A stretch of DNA of 61,604 nt, the filler included, from Pirum gemmata (lineage: Eukaryota): assembly GCA_002812295.1 (NCBI GenBank). It is 14 parts of 14 records of this genome, joined end to end, with 100 filler letters (N's around TTAATTAATTAA, not from the genome) between each part and the next. Parts side by side here need not be neighbours in the genome. Positions count along the whole stretch, not along the records: positions 12,511 to 17,102 come from PDIN01001541.1; positions 17,203 to 21,267 come from PDIN01001542.1; positions 21,368 to 25,440 come from PDIN01001543.1; 11 more parts are not named here. One strand, 5' to 3'. The notes below the pieces were generated by a model. It made no database searches. It saw nothing but the letters and a program-made list of their open reading frames with translations, and was not told the DNA's origin. The position numbers were made by a program, and so were the translations under genes. Below are positions 13,077-23,850 of the stretch, in pieces; positions within the stretch are counted from its first letter, which is position 1, and the number at the start of each line of letters is the position of its first letter.

Positions 13077-13228
13077 TTGATACTGACGAAGAACCCTTGT
13101 ATTATGATCACAACTTTAATGAGATTTACAAAAAAAATTTAAATAATATGTCAATAGAGGATGAGTCAGCTGATGGGTCTCTAATTTTACAAAGATTCTC
13201 CTTGATGAGCAAAAATATTTCTAAATGA
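12563..13228 (+). CDS. Hypothetical low-complexity (N/S/D-rich) protein
   Basis: 221-aa ATG-to-stop ORF in AT-rich DNA with a poly-Asp tract and the motif RRRAEWVKSS. Confidence 0.65.
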
Positions 13229-13913
13229 AAATAAAGTAAAGATTTTTCTGAGCCAGAAAAAGTCAAAGTATAAATATAATTTGATGCCAATTAACATTTT
13301 GGTAGAATTTGTCAATTTGGTCATGAATATTGTGTTTTAAAGGAAAATTCTTATTCAAGTGAAATTTTAAATTTTTTCCTAAAACATATACCCAATTGAC
13401 AGATTCTACCAAAATGTTAATTAGCGCCAAATGATATTCATAATTTGACTGAAAACATTATTGTTAAAAGTAGATCTAACTTGATTATTGTTGATTCTTT
13501 TATTATTATTATTATTAACATTATTTTTATTATTATTAAAAACAACAGTAACCAATGCAATTAGTATACTATAAAAAATTTTAGTTCAATTGTTATAAAT
13601 AACATTAATTAATAAACCCCCTTTATAGTTTTACATGTCACAATATAAAAAAAACAATAACAACAACAATAGCAATAACAACAACAGCAATAACAATAAC
13701 AACAACAACAACAGCAATAACAATAGCAACAATAACAATAAAGTATAATATGTACAATAAGAAAAATAATTTTTTTTATCTTTATTTTTATTTTCACATA
13801 TATTTGTGCAATTATCATTTTACATCGCAATAAAAAGACTAATAACAAAATATTATTAAGACATCAAAATGCAACAACTGTATTTTTGTAACAGAAATCA
13901 GCAACTCTTCAGT

Positions 13914-16349
13914 TTATGCTTCTATCCATCCATCCGAATTTTCTTCTGTTTCTGCAACGGTAGAATCAAGTTTATCTTTAAAATCTACTTTGGTGTCAGC
14001 ATTAACATTAGCCTTAACTTTTGGGACTTCTAGGTCACCTTCCTTTCCCTCAACCTTAACTTTAACAGCTACAATTTCAGGAGTTTTGGGTGTTTCTGCC
14101 TGGAGAGTTTGTACTTGAGGACCTTCTACCTGGGGAGTTTCTGCAACTTCAGTTTCTTCCGGAGTTTCTTCCGGAGTTTCTTCCGGAGTTTGTTCTGGAG
14201 TTTGTTCTGGAGTTTGTTCTGGAGTTTGTTCTGGAGTTTGTTCTGGAGTTTGTTCTGGAGTTTGTTCTGGAGTTTCTTCTGGAGTTTCTTCTGGAGTTTC
14301 TTCTGGAGTTTCTTCTGGAGTTTCTTCTAGAGTTTCTTCTGGAGTTTCTTCTGGAGTTTCTTTCGGAGTTGGAGTTTCTTCTGGAGTTTCTTCTGGAGTT
14401 TCTTCTGGAGTTTCTTTCGGAGTTTCTTCTTTCGGAGTTTCTTCTTTCGGAGTTTCTTCTTCCGGAGTTTCTTCTTCCGGAGTTTCTTCTTTCGGAATTT
14501 CTTCTTCCGGAGTTTCTTCTTTCAGTGTTTCTTCTTCTTCCGGGTTTTCTTTTGGAGTTTCTTGTTCTGTTTCTACCTGAGCTTCTACTATAGTGAAACT
14601 AGCTTCAGAAGCTTCGATTTCTTTCTGGGGGACTTCAGGTTCATTGCTTTTATCAGCTTGCTCTTTTAAAGAAAACTTAAAGCTATCCAGATCTTTTATC
14701 GTCTCCAGCGCGTACTTGACAACTAACTTCCTTCTTTGTCGAGTAATTTCTTCGTTTGCCTCGGTTTCAATACTGTCACATTTAAATAATATTTGTTGTA
14801 AGGAATTATCTAAAACTAACAAGTCTTTTTCAATGTCCGGAGACCCTGCTGTTTTAAAAGTGTTTAGCTGAGCTTGATCTTTTTCTAACTGTAACTCCAA
14901 TCCATCTAGCATAGCTTTCTTGGCGTTGCCCTTTTCAGTTTCATCCTTCTTCTCTACCTTCACGTTACTTTTAGCTAGGGCTGGTTTAATGGTTACCGGT
15001 TTATTTTGTTTACCAGGTGTAGAAGCACAACTTGAACTTGCCCTGTGGGCATTCCCCTTGGACGGTGAAGCTCTTGCAGCGCAACTTGAGCTTGCCCTGT
15101 GGTCGGACCCTTTTGAAGATGAAGCTCTTGTGGTTGGTGAGTTAGGAGGGGACTTCTGTTTGCTATTTAACTGATCTAATTGCTCGAAAACACTATCCAT
15201 CACATAATTCAAAATTTCGTTATAGTCGTTGTCTTGCTCATTTGACTTATGCATCTTTTCTTTTTCGGCTACTAGTGGCTTTGTTTTTTGCTTTCGAACT
15301 TCAGTGCCTTTTTCCACGGTCAATTTCTTTTTAACTTTTTCAGAAGCTTTCTCTTTTCCCACATTTTCTTGAACATGACATTGCGTAGGATTCAAAATCC
15401 CTTTAAGAAGACTAAAAACCAAATCTTGAGGATCTACCGTAGTTCCCTCTTCATCATTTTCTCTTACTTCTCTCGCAACTGATTTTATTTCTTCTTGTTG
15501 TTGTCCCTCTGCGTGATTTAGAACTCCTTTAACAATTGTAAAAATCAAATCTTCAGCATCATCAGTGTTTCCCAAAACACGACTTTGATCACCCTTCATA
15601 ATATTATAATGGTTACAATGCTGACCCTGGTGTCTTGCCTTTTCCTTTTGCAATTGTTCTTGATGCTGCAAAAATAATTGTCGATGAACCTCAGCAACAA
15701 CTTGTTTTTCTAGTAATTCTCGTTCATGCTTGCGTTGCAATTGTTGTTGATATGCTTGCGTCAGTTGTTTACGACACTGTGCTTGCTTAACAGCTTGTTC
15801 TTGACGATGAGCTTGTATGATAGCTTGTTGTCTTTTAAGCTCTTTTTGACGGTGAGCTCGTAGAACAGCTTGTTGTCTTTGGTATTGCAACTGTTCTTGC
15901 TGGCGTTGTAGTTGAACCCGTTTTTGGTGCATCAGTTGTAACTGCTGCAAATGCTGCTGACGTTGATGTTCTGCTTGTTGCTGACGTTGACGTTCTGCTT
16001 GTTGCTGACGTTGTAATTGCTCCTGATACACGAAATCGTTCAAGGTATACGGCTGCCCGTGATTAGTTAGCTCATCATCATTATCAAATAAAGCACTATC
16101 GTAGTAAGTATACATACTGTTATCATTTGTATGCCCGAAAGAATAAGGCTGCCTGTGACCATAGCCGTGCATTACTTGCTGCTGCCTTTGTGCTAATAAC
16201 AATTGATTTTCCTGTTCTAGTCGCTGTAGTAAATACTTTTCTCTCAAGCTTTCTTCATTTTCAAGCTCCATTGCCAACTGTTGCTGCTGATAATATCGTT
16301 GACGTGAGGGGGAAGGACCTTGTCCGTAACCATAAAATAAATGCGACAT
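13914..16349 (-). CDS. BAG-domain co-chaperone-like protein with Q-rich N-terminus and ETPE/QTPE repeat tail
   Basis: 811-aa intronless ORF; the segment at about 14680-14910, KDLLVLDNSLQQILFKCDSIET...ITRQRRKLVVKYALETIKDLD, fits the BAG helix 2-3 consensus. Confidence 0.85.
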   Translation of the reverse strand: MSHLFYGYGQGPSPSRQRYYQQQQLAMELENEESLREKYLLQRLEQENQLLLAQRQQQVMHGYGHRQPYSFGHTNDNSMYTYYDSALFDNDDELTNHGQPYTLNDFVYQEQLQRQQQAERQRQQQAEHQRQQHLQQLQLMHQKRVQLQRQQEQLQYQRQQAVLRAHRQKELKRQQAIIQAHRQEQAVKQAQCRKQLTQAYQQQLQRKHERELLEKQVVAEVHRQLFLQHQEQLQKEKARHQGQHCNHYNIMKGDQSRVLGNTDDAEDLIFTIVKGVLNHAEGQQQEEIKSVAREVRENDEEGTTVDPQDLVFSLLKGILNPTQCHVQENVGKEKASEKVKKKLTVEKGTEVRKQKTKPLVAEKEKMHKSNEQDNDYNEILNYVMDSVFEQLDQLNSKQKSPPNSPTTRASSSKGSDHRASSSCAARASPSKGNAHRASSSCASTPGKQNKPVTIKPALAKSNVKVEKKDETEKGNAKKAMLDGLELQLEKDQAQLNTFKTAGSPDIEKDLLVLDNSLQQILFKCDSIETEANEEITRQRRKLVVKYALETIKDLDSFKFSLKEQADKSNEPEVPQKEIEASEASFTIVEAQVETEQETPKENPEEEETLKEETPEEEIPKEETPEEETPEEETPKEETPKEETPKETPEETPEETPEETPTPKETPEETPEETLEETPEETPEETPEETPEETPEQTPEQTPEQTPEQTPEQTPEQTPEQTPEETPEETPEETEVAETPQVEGPQVQTLQAETPKTPEIVAVKVKVEGKEGDLEVPKVKANVNADTKVDFKDKLDSTVAETEENSDGWIEA
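14150..14560 (-). repeat. Coding 12/15-bp minisatellite encoding (E/Q)TPE repeats
   Basis: Tandem GGAGTTTGTTCT / GGAGTTTCTTCT units on the + strand. Confidence 0.95.
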
Positions 16350-16468
16350 TTTTCTTTCTTTCTATAATTTGAAAATTTTGAATACAGAAATACAAATTCT
16401 TTTTTTAAGTTTTTCGCTAGTATTAATATCAGTATTAGTATTAGTATTAGTTAGTAGTAGTATTATTT

Positions 16469-16499
<31 letters not shown>

Positions 16500-16856
16500 G
16501 TATTATTTAGTATTATTATTATTATTATTATTATTAGTATTAGTATTAGTATTAGTATTAGTATTAGTATTAGTATTAGTGTTAGTATTAGTATTAGTAT
16601 TAATGCTANATGCAATAAAATACAATACAAATACAATACAAATACAATACAAATACAATACAAATACAATACAATACAATACAATACAATACAATACAAT
16701 ACAATACACAATACAATACAATACAATACAATACAATACAATTCAATACAATACAATACAATACAATACAATACAATACAATAACCCTAACCCTAACCCT
16801 AACCCTAACCCTAACCCTAACTTTCCCTATTAACTAACTAACTAAATAAATAAAAT

Positions 16857-17102
16857 ATGCTAGAATTAAAAAGTAAAAGTCCTGGCCATCCAGGAAGTCG
16901 TAAAATTAAACCACCACCGTTACTATATAATCATAAAAGACGTCTAAGTTTCCCCGTAAGGCGAGCTGCGTGGATTCAATCTAGTAAATCAACCTCTGAC
17001 CTTGATACGAGTACCTCCAATAATGACAATAAAAACAATAGTAATAACGACAAAATCACCCGTAACAAAAAGTACAATAACTACAACAACAACAACAATA
17101 AT
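16857..17102 (+). CDS. Hypothetical protein, 3'-truncated by the contig end
   Basis: ATG-initiated ORF running into the spacer; the motif RRAAWIQSS resembles that of 12563-13228. Confidence 0.55.
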
Positions 17103-18485
17103 NNNNNNNNNNNNNNNNNNNNNNNNNNNNNNNNNNNNNNNNNNNNTTAATTAATTAANNNNNNNNNNNNNNNNNNNNNNNNNNNNNNNNNNNNNNNNNN
17201 NNTTTTTTTTATTAGGGGGTCTAGCAGCCCCTAGCTACTGGTAGTACAACCGGTAGACTATTTATCTGTTGCCATCGGGCAAGTCTCATTACAAACTCCA
17301 CTACTACTAGTAGCTTCAAAGGAGGTATAACTATGATAGCTTTACGTAGTAGTGGGGATGTCTAGGTAAATTATTTATTATAAGTCAGTGCCAACTCTTT
17401 TTGGATTGCGTGAACGTTATTCAACTCGAAGAGAGTTATGAAACAGTTATGAAACTTATGAATAGTTGCTCCACTGTTGCTGCTGTGTTCTGAAACTCAG
17501 AACTCCAACATCACTGAGAGTCTGAGACTGTAGATGTTAATTAAGCTTTATTAATAATAGTTAGCTAGCTAGCTCGAGATTCAAGTTTTTACAAATTTTC
17601 TTAATAGACTAAAGAGTTATTTATGAAGGCTAAATAAAGTGAGTTTCTATCCATGCCTTCAAACTTCAGAGTTCAAAGCATGCTTGTAATCTTAGACCTG
17701 TTCTCAATTTATTAATAAAATTTAATCACTAATATTAATAATATATATCATTTATGATTTTGGGTTTTAGGGTTAGGGTTTTAGGATTTAAGGGTTAGGA
17801 TTTTAGGGTTAGAGTTAGGATTTTAGGGTTAGGATTTTAGGGTTAGGATTTTAGGATTAGGATTAGGGTTTAGGGTTTTAGAGATGGGGTTAGGGTTAAG
17901 GTTAGGGTTATCTACACTCTATATATTAATATCTATACATAGTTTTATCAGAAATAGGGAATTTAGGGTTATAAACTTAGGGTAGGTATTAATAGGTAGT
18001 AGTAGTAGTAGTAGTAGTAGTAGTACTAGTAGTAGTAGTAAATTATATATACCTACAATATTAATCGAAATATTATAAGTGACCCATCCATCCATCGCAT
18101 GGTACTAGCCAATGGTTTTATAAAATTATAATTAGGATATAAATATTTTTGAAATAAAATTACTCGCGTGGTATTAATAACGGTTTTTATTATCATAATA
18201 TTATAATATTATAATATATTATATTATCATATAATATATAATTATATATTTGATATTATAATTACATAATTATCATATAATATATAATTATATATTTGAT
18301 ATTATAATTACATAATTATCGATAATAAACATGTTATTTATAAGTTTCAATATTATTTTTATAAAAAAGTATAATACCATAATCTTGAAGTCATTGAAAA
18401 TTATCATACTAGTTGATGCTAGTTGATGAAACAGCTACCACAGTTATAGGCAATAATACTATATTAATTAATATATCATATATAA

Positions 18486-18562
18486 AGACACCTTTGCCGT
18501 TATTTATTCATGCCCTATCACCATATTCAGTCCAGCATGAATAAATAACGGCAAAGGTGTCT
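18486..18562. mobile_element. Mini-hairpin element with 28-bp perfect arms in a TA-rich context
   Basis: AGACACCTTTGCCGTTATTTATTCATGC-21 nt-GCATGAATAAATAACGGCAAAGGTGTCT. Confidence 0.7.
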
Positions 18563-18916
18563 ATATTATATAGCATCATAATAAGTAAGCTAGAGTATGC
18601 ATATGGTATTTATAAATATAATATAATGATTATGATATTATTTGATATATTTTAAAAATAAATAAGAGTCGATATTAAATTAATTTATAAAAATAAACCC
18701 CAGACTACAGTCTATAATACAGATTTTTGCTAATAAATTGTCTGATTGACTTCTTATTGATTCTGAAAATAATAATTATAGAAATAAGAAACTGATAAGA
18801 AAAAGAAAAAGGAAGTAAAAAGGATCAGCTATCATATCATAGCTACTAGCTAGCTGGTAGCTAGCTAGCTAGAGCTAGCTACTATCATACAATTTACAAG
18901 TGACTGTAGCTACAAG

Positions 18917-19126
18917 TAGGGGTGAGATATCTACTGGAACTTTTTTCGAACAGATGCTTATCGAGCCAACCTTAGTTCATGTTTTTACTAATAATAGCAG
19001 TTATATAGCTTAAAATAGTAAATCTAATTATAATAGATACCAATTAAAGTAATAACATTGGCATTAATAGTAATAAAACCATAAAATCGGAAAAGTTCTG
19101 GCAGCTGTGACGTCATCTCACCCCTA
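18917..19126. mobile_element. MITE family D (TA|GGGGTGAGAT...ATCTCACCCC|TA), about 210-230 bp
   Basis: Perfect TIRs; highly similar copies at 53999-54229, 60621-60846 (inverted) and 54953-55146 (partial, inverted). Confidence 0.9.
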
Positions 19127-19289
19127 CTAGCTACACTGTAGCTACTACGATAGCTACTATCTAGTAGCTAGAACTGTAGCTAGCTAGACACACAAATTCC
19201 TAAGATTTTTTTCCTCAGACTGTAGCTAGTCTAGCTAGCTAGCTAGTAGATAGCAGAGTCATATCAGTAGCCAGACTAAGTCTAACTAA

Positions 19290-19395
19290 GGGAGCATTCA
19301 AATAATACGTCACGTTAAGGGGTAGGTAGGTAGGTGCTATTTGACTGGAAATTAACGTCTAGGGGTAGCTTAAAGTAGGGGTATTTGAAGCTGTA
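19290..19395. mobile_element. G-rich short dispersed repeat family E (about 105 bp)
   Basis: TTCAAATAATACGTCACG.CAAGGGGTAGGT...GGGGTATTTGAAGCTGTA also at 19676-19779, 44178-44280, 55958-56051 and 60400-60503. Confidence 0.85.
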
Positions 19396-19807
19396 GCTAG
19401 ACTATCATAGCTAGTAGTAGTAGACCTGCTCTTTTTGTTTTTTTATCGATGTGTGTGTGTGTGTGTATGTTTGTTTGTTTGTTTGTTTGTTTGTCAATTT
19501 AAAATAACCACGTTTATAAACTTAAAAGTACCAAATAAATAATCAAAGTGACAAAATAAATAAATGAAAATACAGGATATTGTATTATTTATAAATATAA
19601 TCAAAGACCCCAGGAAAAAGATTTTTCATTCACCAGGCAGTCTAGCTAGTGTTGTTTCTAAACTAGCTATTGATAGGGAACATTCAAATAATTCGTCACG
19701 TCAAGGGGTAGGTAAGTAGGTGGTATTTGACCAGAAATTATCGTCGAGGGGTAGGTAGATAGGGGTATTTGAAGCTGTATAGGTTTCTAAAGTTGTTTTT
19801 TAGCTAA

Positions 19808-19987
19808 GAATCATCCATAATAAAGGGGACATCACCTAATCTCACCTATGCCCCTTTGCCCAAAACACTTTTGGTCATAATTTTAAAGTTTATTTTAATA
19901 ATCAATTACTGCCTAAAACAGTTTAAGTCACACTTTCGAGCAATGACTTCTATCAAAGAATAAATGACGTCCTTTATGAATGTTCCA
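19808..19987. mobile_element. MITE family G
   Basis: Inverted copy at 56337-56500; termini resemble GGAACATTCATAAAGGACGTCA. Confidence 0.75.
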
Positions 19988-20336
19988 GTTGGTTTTTTCA
20001 GAGTTTTTTATCACTGTTTTTCTATCATAAATTCATAATAGTCTTTATCATTTTTTGTAGTGTATAAGCTACACTTAGCTATCTAGAAGCTTATCTTCTT
20101 TCTAGAGTAGCTTTTTCTTCTCTTTTTTTTTTTTTCTCTTTTTTTTTGAACAAAAGAATTTATTTCTCCAGAATTTTTTTTCCTGTTTTCCCTCCATTTT
20201 TCTCTCAATTTTCCCTCAATTTTCCTTTTTCTTCTTTTTTTTGTACGAGAAATTGGTAAAAATTTAACCCCTCAGTTTTCCCTTTTCTTCTTCACGAGTC
20301 ATGGGTAAAAATTGAACATAATTATAAGTCATAAGA

Positions 20337-20490
20337 GGTAAGGGGTAAGGAGTAAGGGGTAAGGAGTAAGTAAGGGGTAAGGAGTAAGGAGTAAGGGGTA
20401 AGGAGTAAGGAGTAAGGGGTAAGGAGTAAGGAGTAAGGAGTAAGGAGTAAGGAGTAAGGAGTAAGGGGTAAAGGGGTAAAGGGGTCAAGG
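20337..20490 (+). repeat. 7-bp minisatellite (TAAGGAG/TAAGGGG)n
   Basis: Direct reading of tandem units. Confidence 0.9.
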
Positions 20491-23419
20491 GTAATCACGA
20501 ATTAAATCATTTCTCATGACGAGTTTTGGGAAAAAAATTTTACCCATGTATATTTTATAGTATTATTATTATTTTTTTATATTATGATATTGATAATAGT
20601 ATTGATAAGCTTATCGTGTTGTTCAGTTCAAAAACTAAAATAAATGTATTAATAGCAAATTATTATTATAGTTAAACTATCAGACATGTTTTAATTACTT
20701 TGGTATTTTATATTATATTTAATGCTGTATTTATAAACAAGTTGAATTATATACTAAGTCTTTTAAACAATATTAATACCAAATTTAAAAATCAAAGATT
20801 AAGAGGGCAACTACATTTGTTACCAGACAATTACCAAACCTAGCCATTACTACTCTAGTAGATTCTATGATAGTAGATTGTAGAAGGGGTGGGTCTAGCA
20901 ATAATAATAATGATAATAATAATGATATAATGATAATAATAATAATAAGAATAATAATAATAAGAATAATAAATTAAAATTAATAAAAAATAAAAATAAA
21001 AATTTTAAAATAGACTACAAGCAAGATAAAAAACTTTTTGCATTTTTGAATGTTTTCTATCATTGTTTTTATTTTTCTTATCAATTTTATTTTTCTTCAC
21101 TCACTCACTCCCACTATCTTGACACTAGCTAGCTACAGGTAGCTACAGGTAGCTCAACCCAGCTACCAGCTAGCTAGCTAATCTAGCTAGACTTTTTTTG
21201 TTATATTTTGTTATAGACTATTTGTTATTTTGTCGTCATAAAATATACAATAAATAGTACCAAATTANNNNNNNNNNNNNNNNNNNNNNNNNNNNNNNNN
21301 NNNNNNNNNNNTTAATTAATTAANNNNNNNNNNNNNNNNNNNNNNNNNNNNNNNNNNNNNNNNNNNNATACAAGAACCACTCATATCATAATAATGGTAC
21401 CACTAATATTTCTAATCCCTAGTTAGCTAATATCATAATCCATTAATTGTTGTTATTATTGATATATTGTTAATTGATTATTACTGTTGATTATAATGTT
21501 ATTATTATATATTTTAAAAAAAGCTTTTAATGTTATTGTTACTGTTGGTTAGGGCTAGGGTTAACGTTAGGGTTAGGGGTTAGGGTTGTTATTATATATA
21601 TAATCAGGGTTAACGTTAGAGTTCGGGTTAGGGTTAACGTTAGGGTTAGACCTAGGGTTAGGGTTATAACTTAGGGTTAGGGTAAGGTTGGGTTTAGGGT
21701 TAGGGCTTTTGATGTTGATAATAAATTGTTGTTGATGAGTTTTTGTTGTTTTTTGGAAATGAAGTTGTTCTTTAATAACTTTTGATGGTGACATGGACAG
21801 TGGTTATGGTATAAAAATATACTGTAACTAGAAAAACTTAGAAATATATAGTTTTTGAAGAATTATTATTAATAATATATTAATACGTGTATAATACATG
21901 CGTTATAATTAGGGTTAAAATCAGGTTTAAAATTAGAGTTAGGGTTAGAATTAGAATTAGGTTAGGGTCAGGTTGCTAGGTTATTATTATTAGGGACTAA
22001 GTTTGACTAGGGTAATTAGGGTTAAGGTTAAGTTAGAGTTAGCGCATTAATTAACAAATGCTTTTAAAAGTTTCTAAATAGTTTCTTTTAATACTCTACT
22101 AATAACTCTAGTAGTAGTAGAGCTAATCTGACTAGAATTCTGCCCCTCTAAAACTCGACTTTCTGCTTCTGCCTTTTTCCCCGAAAAGCTCGATTTCTGC
22201 CGAGCAGAATTTCTGGTCTAGTTGGCCTGTTCGAAATTAATTTTTCGAGTTTATCAATAAATACATAGCTTTGAAAATTTCGAGTTTATATTTTTATAGT
22301 GGTAGAATCAATCTCCTTTTTTTTTTTTTTTTTCAAAAAATAAATTTTTGATCGAGTTAGAGAGGAAAAAAACCATTTTGTCATTTCTCGAAAAAGGCCA
22401 AATTCTGCCCTGACAGAATTCGGAGAAGTCTAAATCTGACAGATGAATAAGAGGAATAAGAGATGAATAACAAACCTAAAAAAACACTTCTCAGAAAAAA
22501 TAATTTAAAAAATGATTGGTCTCTGTATTATCTATATATCATAATATAGTGCCAAAGACTGCCAAAGACTACTACTACATAGTATATACAGCCAAAGACT
22601 ACCCTTAGAAAGACTACCTTGAAAGACTACAATAATCTATTTCTTGCAATTACATTGTGATTAGTTATCTTTCACAATATTGCTTAACCATTTGTTGAAA
22701 AAGTTCCAACACGACAATTTCTCTTTTTTTTTTTTTTTTTTTTTAAATTTTTTTTTTAAAAAAAAATTCATAGCTACACTAATAAGAACAACTTATTTTT
22801 TATAATCAATCAAAAGTTTTAAAAAAGACGCCGAAAACATAAAAATTTTTTATTTAGGTAAAATTCCCTTTTTTCTGTAAAAATTCCTGATAACTGTGCA
22901 CCAGTAACTAATCTAATACTAACCATCATATGCATATCTGATATGATATGATACAAAAATCGTGCCTGATAGGCCTATTGTTGTACCCTCAGTGGTCCCT
23001 CACATCCCTCACCCTAAAACCCTAGCTAGCTAGCTCTAGAGCTCTAGCTAGGGTTAGGGTTAGGGTTAGGGTTAGGGTTAGGGTTAGGGCTAGGGTTAGG
23101 GTTAGGGTTAGTTAGGGTTAGGATTAGGTAACAAAAATAAACGGAAATTTAATTTTAAATATTTATTGTTTTTCCAATATTTGTTATCATTTCTCGTTCT
23201 CGTTTTCGCTCTCGTTCTCGTCTTTCTCGTTCTCGTTCTCGTCGTTCTCGTCGTTCTCGTCGTTCTCGTCGTTCTCGTCGTTCTCGTCGTCAAAAATCCC
23301 CCAGTCCAGCTATTGTAGCTAACCAGTACACTGCCAGTACTTAGCCAGTCCAGACTACTTCCAGACTCCAGATTGTCCAAGCTGTCCAGTAGAGATCTTC
23401 CAGTAGGTTTTCTGAATAC

Positions 23420-23850
23420 CGGGTAAATAACTGAATCAAAAAGCTCGATCCTAATTATTAAATGGTGACAATTTTGAAATGATATTCTTTTTTTTTCGAG
23501 TTTCAAGTTTTTTCTATGAAATTTCTGAGAATGTTTAGGAGGGATGACACATCATTCCGTCAAAATCGCCTACCACACCCACAGCCCTAGACCCACACAC
23601 CTAGACCCACACACTGAGCTTGTGAGGCTGTGACGAATGACGCGATTATTTGTAGAGTCTAAATTTAGCTACCTAGGCTTTTGGGGGGTGAGTCAAATTT
23701 AATTAGTAGTGTCATCCCTCCTAATTTTTAATAAGAATAATTTTTTTAATGAAATCAGAAGTTTAAAAAACAGTCAATACTTAAAATTTAGATCGAAAAA
23801 TTTCGAAAATTTCGAACTAGTCTCGATTCGATAGTTTTTCCCGCATCTCT
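23420..23850. mobile_element. Dispersed repeat family F, interrupted by a nested MITE at 23536-23723
   Basis: The two flanks join to match the uninterrupted copy at 50750-50965; the nested element has TIRs TAGGAGGGATGACAC...GTGTCATCCCTCCTA. Confidence 0.8.

Noticed and set aside
14090..14593. 167-aa LLEF/VLEF-repeat ORF on the + strand
   Set aside because: Antisense shadow of the ETPE/QTPE coding repeat in the BAG gene
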